NCBI GenBank assembly: GCA_021613535.1
Contig: CP075494.1
Location: 4,464,001-4,528,000 of the forward strand
Length of the DNA stretch: 64,000 bases
Direction of reading: 5' to 3'
Source: Adineta vaga
Taxonomy: Eukaryota; Animalia; Rotifera
The translations under genes and the position numbers were made by a program. The notes under the pieces were generated by a model. The model had not been told where the DNA came from and did no database searches. It was given only the letters and a program-made list of their open reading frames with translations. Below, one piece after another: positions 25,861 through 37,925 of the stretch (its first letter is position 1; every line of letters begins with the position of its first letter).

Positions 25861-27945
25861 TTATACTTGCGCACGGATTAATTTTTGATAATTTCGTTTT
25901 TCACGTGTTTTTCTGGCGAGTGAAGTACGTTCACGTCGTATTTCTTCACGTTCTTTTCGAGTAACATCAATACCAAAGACATATTTGAGTACATCGAGAA
26001 CAATAACAAACCCCAAAACGCACGATATAGCTATGATAACAATATATCCAAAACTTCTCGCCACATATCTACGAACATATATACTGGTGGCTATGTGCTC
26101 ACAATAATTTCCCGAAGTACCATATAAACATTCGCATCGAAAATTTAAATATAATGGTCGGCAAAACACCTTTGTTTAAGCATGTGATATTATCACAGTA
26201 ATTAATCATATGTTCACAATGTGTACCCATCCGTCCTCGGTTACAATTGCAGAAGAAATGTGTGATATTCAATTTCACACAAGTACCTGAGATATATATA
26301 TATACTTCTTTCAGAAAAATATTGGAGAAATTCAAACCTCTTTGTAAGCATGTGTTCCATTTACAAGGTTCAATATTCTGTTCACAATTCGTACCAGTAT
26401 AACCAGGCATACAAGTACAGCTGTAACCATGAGAGACAGTGGGATCATCCATACAACTAACCATGTTACGACAAGGTTTTGTATCACAAGCTTTCATTGA
26501 TATGTTGCAAAAGGTTCCAATGTAGTTACTATCATTACATTTACGAGGAACATAATAAGATAATAATGATGGTTGTTTTTCTGCAATAAAAAAAGAGACA
26601 GAATAACATTGAAAATACTAATGGTTCTCATCATTAGGTCAAGTACAAATATTTGTGATTGCTTTACTCTGAACATACCCACTGATGGATCACTTGTTTT
26701 CGTAGTTGATTCTTCATGTGATAAATCCCCTAAAACAGATTAGAAAACATATCGTATTATAATTGATAATAATTTTCAGTAAATATCGACCTTCATGTTT
26801 TTGAGTGGATGTTAGTATATCTGTTGACGAACTTTCTACTGAAAACAAATTTCGTTGTAAATCTAATTATTGCTATAAGTTACCGAAAGATGTAGTTGAC
26901 GAGGGATTGATTATGTTTCTGATATCGTTCGTGGTTCCAGTTTGAGTAGTCGGAGCAGTTTCCACTGTGCTAGTGACTGATCCGGTTACCGATGAACTAG
27001 TTACTACAGGTTGTGATGTGCTTGAGAATTGAGTAGTTAATACTAATTCGTCTGTAGGAGTGACTGATCCGGTTGTTAATGAACCAACTACCATAGGTTG
27101 TAGTAAAGTTGATGATGACGAAGTTACAACAGTTTCGTCTATTGTATTGGGCAATCTGCTGGTAGGTAAACTTGAGTCAGAGAAATGAGATGTTTCTGAA
27201 GTTTCAGAGGTTGAAACAACATTCTCATCTATCGAAGTTGTTACTGTGTCCATAAATTCCTTGTTCTCGATGATGGTAATCTTGTTATATCTTGCGAAGT
27301 TGAAACAGTTTCACTGCTTGCAGACATAGAGGATGGTAGTGTAGTTGGATCTATATCATTTTTATTCTATACTATTGATATATACAATAAGAGCATAATA
27401 AACTAGGATCTTGAGGGACAATGATTCTGAAAGACTCTGAAAGATTGTATCTGAATATGGATGAGAATAATGTATAAGCTCACACCCTCAAGATATAGTC
27501 TCAGTGTCACAAATATTTGTGTCATGTCTACACATGGAATCATCCTATTCACTGGAAAATGCTTAAATCAAAAGAAAAACTAAATGTGCCCATTATTGTT
27601 TGCTCTCCGGTGTTGTTTTTTTAGGGTAAATAAAAACCTTACCTGTAGGAGTAGGACGAGTACAATCTGATGGTACGGATGAATTCAACGCCATAGTTGG
27701 CTCATTCGTATCATGCCATGTATTATTGATCCATATCTTCCAACGATATCCACTAATCTGACAATAAATCGTACGGTCCCAATATAACAATTTCCAGACA
27801 TTCCAAACATCAGAGCAGGGAATATTATCTCGCGTTAACTCACCATATTGAGTAAGCGTCCACTTGATTTTATTAGAATCAATAATAAATCTCCCCTGTT
27901 TATTGGGTTCTATGTTGATACCATTACATGATTCTCCATTCACTA
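25861..27945 (-). CDS. Type I membrane protein: Trp/Cys-rich N-domain, Ser/Thr mucin stalk, EGF repeats, TM (multi-exon; 5' end uncertain; +1 frameshift ~26165)
   Basis: EGF repeats (CTCMPGYTGTNCE, CNCNRGRMGTHCE, CECLYGTSGNYCE), Thr/Ser-rich exon 26873-27253, and a TM followed by LDVLKYVFGID. One extra T breaks GVCRPL. Confidence 0.7.
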
Positions 27946-28968
27946 GCAGACACAAAAGATAAATTAGTGGATCTCGTAATTGATTTCTACTTATTTTGAC
28001 ATGTAAATTAGCTCCTCTCGATAAAAATTTTTGCAAAAATCTAAAGATGCCACACGTTAAGGCTATACATATTGGCTTCGAAACTGTTAAAAATGTATTT
28101 GAATTTATAGAAGCTTTTTTCATAAAATTAGCATATGCTTTATGTCATGTGTTCTGATTCGACTGTCTGTAGTAACTATATAATTCACTATTTTCTACAT
28201 CACTTTCAAATCTGCATTATGTGCTTAAAAGTGAAACGTTTTCAAATAAATCCCGATGACGTCCAAACAGATTTGTTTTTCATTAATTACTGTTAAAATC
28301 GTTACCCAAAGAAATTGTAGAAAAACAAAAGTACAAGAAGATCAGTATGTGTGCACCTTGCTTTGCTATTCCAATCTAAAATTTACGATATTATTACTGA
28401 AGAAAGAAGTATTAAACGAGATCATACCATCATAATGAAACTATCAGAAGTAATTCACTAGTTTTAACTCAATATCTCGTTATTTCTAGTCATTTTTCTA
28501 CTTTAAACGAGAAACAGAACAACAAAATCTCCGAATGTTTTTCATCTAAATATTGATGCACTTTTAAAGGTTGATATATCAAAATAAATTAGCGACTATA
28601 ATTGAAACTTTCGTGCCTGACTTCTCAAAGAAAAAATATGCGAGATTGTTATTACTTATATCAATACTGGCTAATGTTTCTATCATCGTAATATGTGCTA
28701 TTATCGAATGTTGATTTTTGTATCAGATACATTGTATTGGATGAACATTTTCATCCTAATACTTCGGCTTTGAAAACTCATCCATAATATGATTCATTAC
28801 ATATATATGATTTTTAGATCTATTCAGAATCTTTATATCGGTATGCATATGTCGCAAGAATAATTAAAATGTAGGAATATTTTAATTTCTCGTAGGAGAA
28901 ATAATCAAGTAGAAAGTTAATCTGAAGTTTCACTTTGCATCAAACGAATGATGTTATTGATGATTTAT

Positions 28969-29440
28969 TCATAGTAACTTTCGTAGTTGAAACAAATATT
29001 GACATTGTTGCTGAAATGCAAAATACTGATCAATAGCGAAGAAATATTCAACATAATTTTCTTTAAAACACACAATACGAATACTGATGTGTTGCATTTG
29101 TCGAAGTTGATGAGATGACATCACTTTCGATAGTTGACACTTCAAGATTGGATGATGGTTCGGTCGACATTGCGAATCCACCGAATAAATCTAGCAGATA
29201 AGTAGTTGCATAGAGTGAATTTAGCTTTTGAATATATGTTTACGACGAGCATGAAAGTGGTGGACAACGACGAAAATAGAAAAAATTGTTCATTTTACTT
29301 GACCATCTCTCAACAAACAAATTATTCACAAGACTACCTAAAGAGATATTCATAAAGAACCGAACGTTGTTCATCGTCAGAGGACGTGGGTTGTTGCTGC
29401 GATGGATGAGTTTGTCATCCTTTGGATGAGAATGATACAT
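28969..29440 (-). pseudogene. Fragment of a Cys-rich membrane-protein family
   Basis: RFFMNISLGSLVNNLFVERWS...YFRRCPPLSCS resembles the SRFxxNxTxxxLxxxLFxExW...YxxCxPxxC motif of bdelloid hypothetical proteins (from recall). Frames are broken. Confidence 0.45.
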
Positions 29441-29689
29441 GATTGATCATAGAAACATTCTAGCTTTGAAGCATAGAAATAAGAATAGCGATTCAATGAC
29501 GATGAGAATACGTTTGATAATCTGACTATGATTATATTTGAATGTACATTCTAGGCATGTCAAAGAAATTCCTTTTTCTGGAATTCTGCACATACTTCAA
29601 GATTATAGTATATAAATCTATTTATTTTCATCTAAAAACTCTTTCGAAAGACATCTTAAAAATCTTTATTTTTATCTTTGAAAATATGA

Positions 29690-30814
29690 TCATGGAAGAT
29701 AATCTTCAATGGCAAATGGATATCCTATATGAATTCCTTTTCCACCAGCATCAGGTGTTGTCCAAAAACGAAGATGATTGAGGCGTGAATTTGATACGGC
29801 TTCTAAGGCGAATGCTTGACCATATTCTCTTCTTTGTGTATTATTCGCAAAATAGTATGTTTCAGCAATACCGTAGAATTTTGGAGCACCAAGTACTGAT
29901 AATGATGCATCTGCATCATTGAGAACATGGTTCACTAGATTTGCATAAGTGGACGTATTTCGATCGATATAACACGAAAAATCGATTCGTTTTGGAAGGG
30001 GTAATTGCTGATTTTTTAGGAAATTTAGAGAACGATATACCCAATACATGCTTCGATGTCCATTAAGAGCTGGATATTGCGGATCGATGTAACTTGCTTC
30101 TAGAATAATAGCTTCTCGTGCATCAACTAAAAAATAAATGGTCGGAGTAAAACCAGCTGCTGCAATTGTGGTAAGGAAACGTGGATAATGTGTACTGAGA
30201 AACCAATCTTGATTAGCCTTTGCTCCAATCATCACTTCATAGTCGAGATAAACTCTCTCAACTACAAGAATACCATCAGGATTTCTAACATTAGCAATAG
30301 CAGCAAGAATACTATCAGTAGTATTTTCAACACGTGCCGTAAATTCAGTAACATTCAAATGATCAGGTCCAAAACCTACTGTTACATTACCAGTTCGATA
30401 GTCAGCTGCACCTAACCAAAAAAGTGCAATATTAAGTCGTAATCGATGATTATCAACATGACTCTGAATGGATGCTACATCTTCAGCATATCGATTTAAA
30501 TTAATATGTTCTTGTTCACTTATTGGAAATGTAGCAAGCCAATATTGATTAGTTTTTGTCCCTGGTTCATTGCCAAACCAAATATCTAGAGTAAGAAAAC
30601 GTGCACCCCTATCAGCCATACCTTGAAGTTGAATAAGAACATTGTTTCGAACGGTTGAATTATGATATTGAGTGAGAAAAGCAGTTTCAGTAAAATTAGC
30701 TCCATATGCATGATAATCCACTCCGACTTCATAAGCAAATGAATTAGGTATCATAGTAAATGTTAGAAGAATTTTAATTCCAAAAAGAAAACAAACTTGC
30801 ATAAAAGGCGACAT
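29690..30814 (-). CDS. Secreted glycoside-hydrolase-like TIM-barrel protein (clan GH-A-like), intronless
   Basis: Signal peptide; beta1 VGVDYH; LQGMADRGARFLTLDIWF. Candidate acid/base in LDYEV and candidate nucleophile in GIAETY. Confidence 0.65.
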   Translation of the reverse strand: MSPFMQVCFLFGIKILLTFTMIPNSFAYEVGVDYHAYGANFTETAFLTQYHNSTVRNNVLIQLQGMADRGARFLTLDIWFGNEPGTKTNQYWLATFPISEQEHINLNRYAEDVASIQSHVDNHRLRLNIALFWLGAADYRTGNVTVGFGPDHLNVTEFTARVENTTDSILAAIANVRNPDGILVVERVYLDYEVMIGAKANQDWFLSTHYPRFLTTIAAAGFTPTIYFLVDAREAIILEASYIDPQYPALNGHRSMYWVYRSLNFLKNQQLPLPKRIDFSCYIDRNTSTYANLVNHVLNDADASLSVLGAPKFYGIAETYYFANNTQRREYGQAFALEAVSNSRLNHLRFWTTPDAGGKGIHIGYPFAIEDYLP

Positions 30815-32517
30815 TTTACACTGGTAAAAAGAATGTTTGACGATTAAGTTTTTAGTACTTTGTCGATGGTCTTTTTGTTATCTTTCAGATGAAATAAGTT
30901 TAATATATAATTTTATCTACATGTTGTGAGTGAGACGCTTCTAAATGCGTTTGTTTTATGATAAAGATCCTTCAAAATGAAACAATGTCCTCTCAAACAG
31001 TTTCAATTTATAAATTTGTTAGGTTCTCATGAAACACGTAGATATGGGTGTGCCTTAATATTATTTACTCTTCGATACCATATCACCCTGACCATGACCA
31101 GCCTTCACTGTCAAAATACTGAATTTATAAGTCCTTCTACATGCTCTTTCATTTGAAATACTCAAAAAAAAAGAGTTACATTTTTTATACGATTGAAATT
31201 CTCGATTGAATCGTGGCTATCTCTTAATAATTGATGTTCATTATTTATATAATAATTTTGTAATGATACAGTAAGATGCAAAAAAATTGCCGTTGGACTT
31301 CTCAAAGCTTGTCTTACAGAAATATGAGCTGTTAAGACTTTTTTATATTGCTACATTACAGAGGTACTATAATCTACAAATATGTTAATCTTTAAAAGTT
31401 CCGGGCTCTCTCTTACAGTTTATACGAGAAAATAACCTTACATCCTAATTTGATTCTACTTCCCATCTTAGAGTCCTTTTGATTCGTTACTATCTCGAAG
31501 TTCTTCGTTTATAGCAATTGAGAAAATGATCTGACAGAAGAATTCAACCAGATTGAGACGTGTATTATTGGGTGACCAAATATTAATTTCATTTATATCG
31601 GACTAGCGGATTACTTTATTAGCCTCACTGTTACACCATGCTACACTTCTCGATCTTGAAAATTCGTTTATAATTAGTATGAATAAAGGTCAGTCATATA
31701 CAAGTAGTTTCAAACTTCTTCGCAATGGTCACTACTTCAACAATTTAAGATAATGTATGGGTCAGATCACACACAACTAGCGTGTGAATTATGAGTCATT
31801 TTTATGAAATTGTATCATAGTTTTTGAGCAGTAACTAACGTTCGCAAATACTTCTAACATAATCGTTCGAAGGACATACGAAACAGTATTAAGCAAAGTC
31901 TATGTACTAAACAGCAATTTGTTTGCACTTCATCGCATAGAAATTCTTGTTTCATGCAATCCATCAAAGAAATATTTGTATTCATTGCAATAAACATAGA
32001 ACTCATGATAATATTTGAAAAGATTATTCTCCATCTGTCTTTTTTTCAGACAACGGATAGAAGCATTTGATTACTTGCAATGCTAAATATTGTTTGCGAA
32101 CACACGATTGTTAATGTCTATGAAATCTTTCTTCTACAGTATAAACATTTCACTATGTGTTTATAGGCTATGCTATTAATTCAGATTAAATAATTTTTAT
32201 TGACGATTCTAATAAAATGGTATGATGTTTAGTATCATTCGAAGCTACTCATTCTACTTTGAAATTTTAGTTTGGTTTAATCAAGCAAAGTGTCTTGATT
32301 TTGTGCATCACAATTATCCATTTATCTGCACAAGATAAATCAAGTGAGATTTTTTTGCCATAAAAGAGCCATCTCAAAACATGTTTCGATTCAATAATTT
32401 TTCTCCGACACTCAACAGACTAAGTTGAATCGAACATTCGTAATGAAGATCTATCATATAAAAAAATCGTAAACCACGCCCACTCATCAAAGAGTACGTA
32501 GCATTATCAATGATTAG

Positions 32518-32899
32518 GAACTGTACTTGTACTCCGGAAAGAACAGGCATTCATTGTGAACATATGATTAATTATTGTGATAACATCACATGTTTCAATA
32601 GAGAAATCTGTCGACCATTACTTTTAAATTACAAATGTGAATGTTTGTATGGAGCATCCGGTGATGATTGTGAACTTATTGCTACTAACATCGTTATTTG
32701 TCAGCAGTATGTCGCTAAAAGTTTCTCTTACATAGCTATTCTAGCTATAGCAATGGCGATTGGTTCTATTGTAATTCTTGATATTTTGAAATACGTTTTT
32801 GGTATTGATGTAGCTAAAGAGGAACGTGATTTATATCGACATCGACGAGCTTTACTCAAATCTAAATCGTATGGAAAACAACAATGTCCGAAATTATAG
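32518..32899 (+). pseudogene. Orphan 3' exon, inverted paralog of the EGF-TM gene end at 25861-26290
   Basis: HCEHMINYCDNITC...CRPL...CECLYG...YVAKSF...LDILKYVFGIDV matches the 25861 gene. It is preceded by an AG acceptor, but no matching upstream exons were recognised. Confidence 0.6.
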
Positions 32900-32954
32900 C
32901 ATATATATTTTATTCATTCATAAAGATATTTGCTAAGCCACAAAATAACTATAA

Positions 32955-34571
32955 TTAAGAATAAAATCCCAAAAATGATTTTTGTTGATTTTGTTTCTTC
33001 TTTTTTAGTCTTCGTCTTTCTTTTGATGTTGTCCCATTCTCCAGATCATCGGACGATGTTTCTTCAAGTGCATTCTTACGTGAATAGATTTCAGCAATAC
33101 TAGTTGACTCATGAATATCTTCACCACTACCAGGTATCCCAAGTTCAACACATAAACGACGAGCGTTTTCGATACTTAATTTATCGAACTTATGTTCAAT
33201 CACAAGTCGTCCATCACGTAAAAGTGCAGGATCAATGCCTTTCACATCACAATTGAACGTACAGATGATTTGTTGATGCATTGCATCACCAAGTAAACCA
33301 TCAGACAGATTGAGTAGATTAGCAACAGCTTGATTAGGTAACAAGTTATCTTGTTGTCGATCACGAATGATGTTTTCAGCGTCTTCAACAATGAGAATTG
33401 AGTTGGGATGTTGCATCAAGAATGGAAGAAAACCAGGTTTTGTCATATCCTAAATCATGCATAAAAATACCAATATAAGATAGTTGATCAGATCACTTAC
33501 ATTGACTAGATCAGGTGGAACATAGATTAAACTTTTATCTTCAATTTCATTGATTAAATAACGAAGATAATATGTTTTTCCTGTTCCTGGTGGACCATGT
33601 AATAACGTAATACCAGTTGAATCTTTTTCTTGAAGATCTTCCAAAAGTTCTTCATGAATCTCAGGAAAATCATCACCATAATGAAGTTTCAAATCAGCAA
33701 TATGTGGTTTCTTCATTCGAATGGAGGATGTATAAAATCCATGTTGTGCATCATGACATACCATTTGTAAAGTTGCTTCTGTTACTGGATATAATTTAAA
33801 TTTCGATAATTGTTGTAGTAAAGTTCGTGCTTCTTTAGCTTTTTGTGGTACATGAAAAACCTGAATAAATCGAAAGAATATTTTATATAACATATATGTA
33901 TATATATTTAAATAATTTAAAGATTATTTTACTTGAATAGTAGAAAAACAATGAAAGACACCTTCTTCTTGATCTGGCTCGAGATTATTTATATTGTCCA
34001 CATTTGCAGGACTCAGAGAACCACCAGAAAGTTGTACTGAAATCATAATTCAAAAAAATCTCAATCTAACAAATCATATACAATTCATCAACTTACATGA
34101 AAGATAATCTCCCATGTTGATATAAACATCAGTCATAAGAGAAAAATCATCATGAATATCATAACTTGAGTTGTAAATAAACGTGTCCGGATTTACTTTG
34201 TATTCGTTTGCGAGAAAACGTATCACACTAAAAGATAAACAAAATAATTTCATAATTCAAATACATGAGATGTTTTTCAAATACTTTGTGCTGCTATACA
34301 TTCCACCTTGTCTTCGTTTTCCATTCCATTTTCGTCCTCGATTAATCGTTGAGAATCGACCATAAATATTGTACGTATAAGTATCCCCATATTCACCTAA
34401 ATTACCTTGTAATTCCGACATTGTACATGGTAGTGCTCGATATTGAAGTGCAAAAAGTGTTGGACCATAAATCACTTGTCCTTGTTGATTTGTCAGCTGT
34501 AAAAGATTGTCATTTGTTAACGGTGCAATTTCAGATGCACCAGAATAATTCGAACATAAACTAGATGCCAT
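32955..34571 (-). CDS. Bacterial-type AAA+ ATPase, copy 1 (5 exons)
   Basis: Walker A GPPGTGKT, Walker B ILIVEDAE, NLLNLSDGLLGD, and SRH-like IICTFN...IDPALLRDGRL. Four GT-AG introns join the ORF pieces. Confidence 0.88.
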
Positions 34572-34958
34572 TGTAATTGAAAGAAAATCAATTGCGTCTG
34601 ACAAATTTTACAGAAAAAGAACGAGAATGTGTTTTGTGTGCACCTTTTATTTTTACAATTGATTGTGAAAGAACGTGTTGTGTGACTACCTTTTTCTTCT
34701 AAAAAGCATCGTCGATATATATATATATATGTAAAGTCGTATCGCCTGTTATTTGTAAAAAATGAATCATTCCTTTATCGTTCCTTTCGTCACTCTTATT
34801 CAACTAATCTATCTTTTTTCTTGAAACACACGTAATGAAGAAATATATCATTATCTTTTATTTGAAATGCATATTAAATTTCACAATCAAATTTCTACTA
34901 CATATTAGAAAAAGAGTAAATAAAAGAAAAGTTTATATGGCATATAGAATATGATGTT

Positions 34959-35999
34959 TTATTTTTGTTGTAATTTACCAAATTGTATTGTTAAATCTTC
35001 GATCGTCTTTTTAAATGGAGTGTAACTTACACCTAATTGTTCCTTTGCTTTTGAACTATCGATATTATAATGTTCAGGTAATTGATAATCTTTTGAACCT
35101 GATGGCGTTGTTGCCTTGATATTTTCAGGAACAACTGAACTTTCATGAACAATATTAACTATTTCTTGTTGACTCCAACTTTCATCTGCTGCTATTAAAT
35201 ATCGTTCATTTGCATCTGTCATCTTTTCTAAAGCAGCAACATGTGTATAAGCAACATCTCGAACATCAACTTGTTTTGGTACACGTGTTTCAGGAACGTT
35301 GGCATCTTTTCCACTAGTAACTAATGACCATATCATAACATTGGATTGATGAATATCATCAATTGTTTGAAAATCTCGAACGGATGGACCAAACACCATG
35401 GGTTCACAAATTGTTGCAATAGTAAATGAAGGTTTTTTCTCTTCCATAAATTTCCATGCAGCACGTTCAGCACATGCTTTTGATGCACGATAAGCTGTCA
35501 TTGGATCATCTTTAGCAGCAACACCTTGTTCATAAGTGATGGGAGACCAATCTTTTTCTGTATAAGTGTATCCAGGACGAAAACCTTTACTGGGATCAAT
35601 AATTGAAGCAAACGATGATGTTATAACAATACGTTTTATTTTCTGACCATTTTTTTCATTATAATCATGAGCAGCTTCTAGAACTCGAACAGTTCCATTA
35701 ATTGCTGGAAGAATTAAATCTTTTTCTGGATCTGTGACTTTGAAATGAAATGGTGAAGCAACATGAATAATTCCATCAACATCACGAACAGCTTCATCAA
35801 ATGAATCAGTTGTAATATCAGCAACATAAACGAATGATATTTGTTTTCGATATTCTTGAGAAATACCATCAAGTACTTGTTTTTCTTTTGCTGGAGATCG
35901 AACTGTTCCACGAACATTATATCCTTTTTCAAGAAGATATCGAACGATCCATCCACTAATGAATGAACTAGCACCAGTAACAAGAATTGTTTTTGTCAT
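34959..35999 (-). CDS. NAD(P)-dependent aldehyde/methylglyoxal reductase (Gre2/DFR-like extended SDR), intronless
   Basis: Motifs ILVTGASSFI, VRGTVRS, IIHVASPF, PAINGT, VITSSFASI, catalytic YRASK and VDVRDVA. Confidence 0.92.
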   Translation of the reverse strand: MTKTILVTGASSFISGWIVRYLLEKGYNVRGTVRSPAKEKQVLDGISQEYRKQISFVYVADITTDSFDEAVRDVDGIIHVASPFHFKVTDPEKDLILPAINGTVRVLEAAHDYNEKNGQKIKRIVITSSFASIIDPSKGFRPGYTYTEKDWSPITYEQGVAAKDDPMTAYRASKACAERAAWKFMEEKKPSFTIATICEPMVFGPSVRDFQTIDDIHQSNVMIWSLVTSGKDANVPETRVPKQVDVRDVAYTHVAALEKMTDANERYLIAADESWSQQEIVNIVHESSVVPENIKATTPSGSKDYQLPEHYNIDSSKAKEQLGVSYTPFKKTIEDLTIQFGKLQQK

Positions 36000-36369
36000 A
36001 ATGATGATGTATGAAAAGTGATGGTGCAAAGTCTATAGTATGTTTTCTTTTGCTTTGTAATCAAATGATGTAAACCACGCGCTTTTAAATGAAAAAACAA
36101 AAGGAGAGAACAACGTGTGTGTTGACATTTTGTTTTTTCTTCTCTTCACGTCGATAAATGATAATATCCAAAATATGACGTCGTTTTTATACTTCTATTC
36201 GACACCGATTCCACGTACAGTTATTTCATATAAGACGTGTCACTGGTTGTCGATGTAATGTATTGTACTTTATGATGAAGCGAAAAATATAACTATCTTA
36301 CATCCTCATTCACACGCCAGTTATGAAAAAAAATTAGAATCTGATGTATTAAAAACTATAAATAACAGT

Positions 36370-37925
36370 TTATTTATCATCTTGATCATTGCTATATGTA
36401 AATACCGAGATATCCTTGCCAATAAATCGTTGTCGAATAAATTTTTTGCCCATACGTACAAATGATGACAAGATTCGATCATTATTGAAACGAACAAGAT
36501 TTGGAAAAGCTTTACGAAAGTGAAAGGTAGCTTCCTCTGCAAAGAAACAAAAAATGAATTAACATGAAGAAATTGAGAAAAGAAAAGAAAATTAAGATGA
36601 TATATATATATACCTAAATTATAGTGAGGAACTTTAGGGAAAAGATGATGAATTTGATGTGTGCCAATTGAATGAATGATCCCATGAACATGACCATAAT
36701 GACGGTCGACAGTTGACAATTGTCCTTTGATATAATTCCATTCGCTGTTGACAAACCATGGAACATCCCTAGAGTATTACAAAATAAATCAATATGACGA
36801 GCATAAAAAAAATATCTCCTTGTTTCTGTACATTTCAGTATGATGCAACAGTGTAACGACAACGAAGTACGTCGCAAAAACAAACACTGGTATAAGGTGA
36901 TGTACGATCAAACTGATGATACCCACATGAATAGCATAGAGAAACATCAAATATAACTAAAAAAATTAAAAATAAGAATGATCTTCAGTTGCCCAATCAT
37001 TTACCATTGTCACATATACGCCGAGTGAAATGCTGATTTTGATTATATGTTTTTCGAAGATTATTTCGAACTTGAAACCACAAATAGATAATTCTATGAT
37101 GAATAGTTGTTCAGTATAGAGAAAAAAACGTGTAATTACCGGATTGAAATGACTAACGTAACGCGGTGCATAACCATTGACAAGATAATGAAACCAGGAA
37201 AGGCCAGGTGTCCAGAGAAAGAAATCATTCATAATACTTTCTTCGTAAATTCCATCACGTTGTGGACAAAATGCTTCATCCTTCTCCATATTACCCGTAT
37301 TCTTATGATGATTCTTATGAGTTAACTAAATAAATATCGTTAGATCATATGAGAACAAAAACATGTGATAAACAACTAACCTTCCAAGGAAAGTACGGAA
37401 TCAATATCCATGTAAAGACTATAGTACCTGAAGAAAATAATGATATTATTAAAACGCTATAGAGAAGAAAAGTAGAGAACTAACCAATAGTGTCGTTCAG
37501 TAATGAATAATTACTGAAACTGGCGTGAGTACAGTCGTGTCCAATAGAGAAAAGCGCCATGTAGAGAGTACCTTTTTGTATAAAACAACAATGATAATCG
37601 ATGAGAAAGATGGTTATATATGAACAGGATTTACCTTGCACATACCAGTAAAGAGGAAAAATAAAATTCCATATTTAAGCTTGTGTTCCAATTGAATCAT
37701 GACAATATAACTAGCAAGAATGATGAATATGTCCAAAGTAACATAAAACATTGACTTGCGTACAGTAGAACGAAAGCAATGAGCAGGAATTTTGATTTTA
37801 ATATCGGATAAGTTAGGCAGTTGCGAGTATGGCGTCAACAAGTCGACGTCGAGCTCTTGTTGTTGATCATGGCTGGTGAAGCGGCGCGTAGTGTACTCAT
37901 CTTGCTTCATGGCGGTTTCACACAT
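36370..37925 (-). CDS. Methyl-end (omega-3/delta-12 type) fatty acid desaturase, multi-exon; 1-nt indel at ~37657-37661
   Basis: IPAHCFRS plus three His boxes: GHDCTH, HKNHHKNTG and HQIHHLFPKVPHYNL. One T is missing from a T-run in exon 1 (F-F-P-L-Y-W-Y-V-Q-G expected). Confidence 0.88.
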
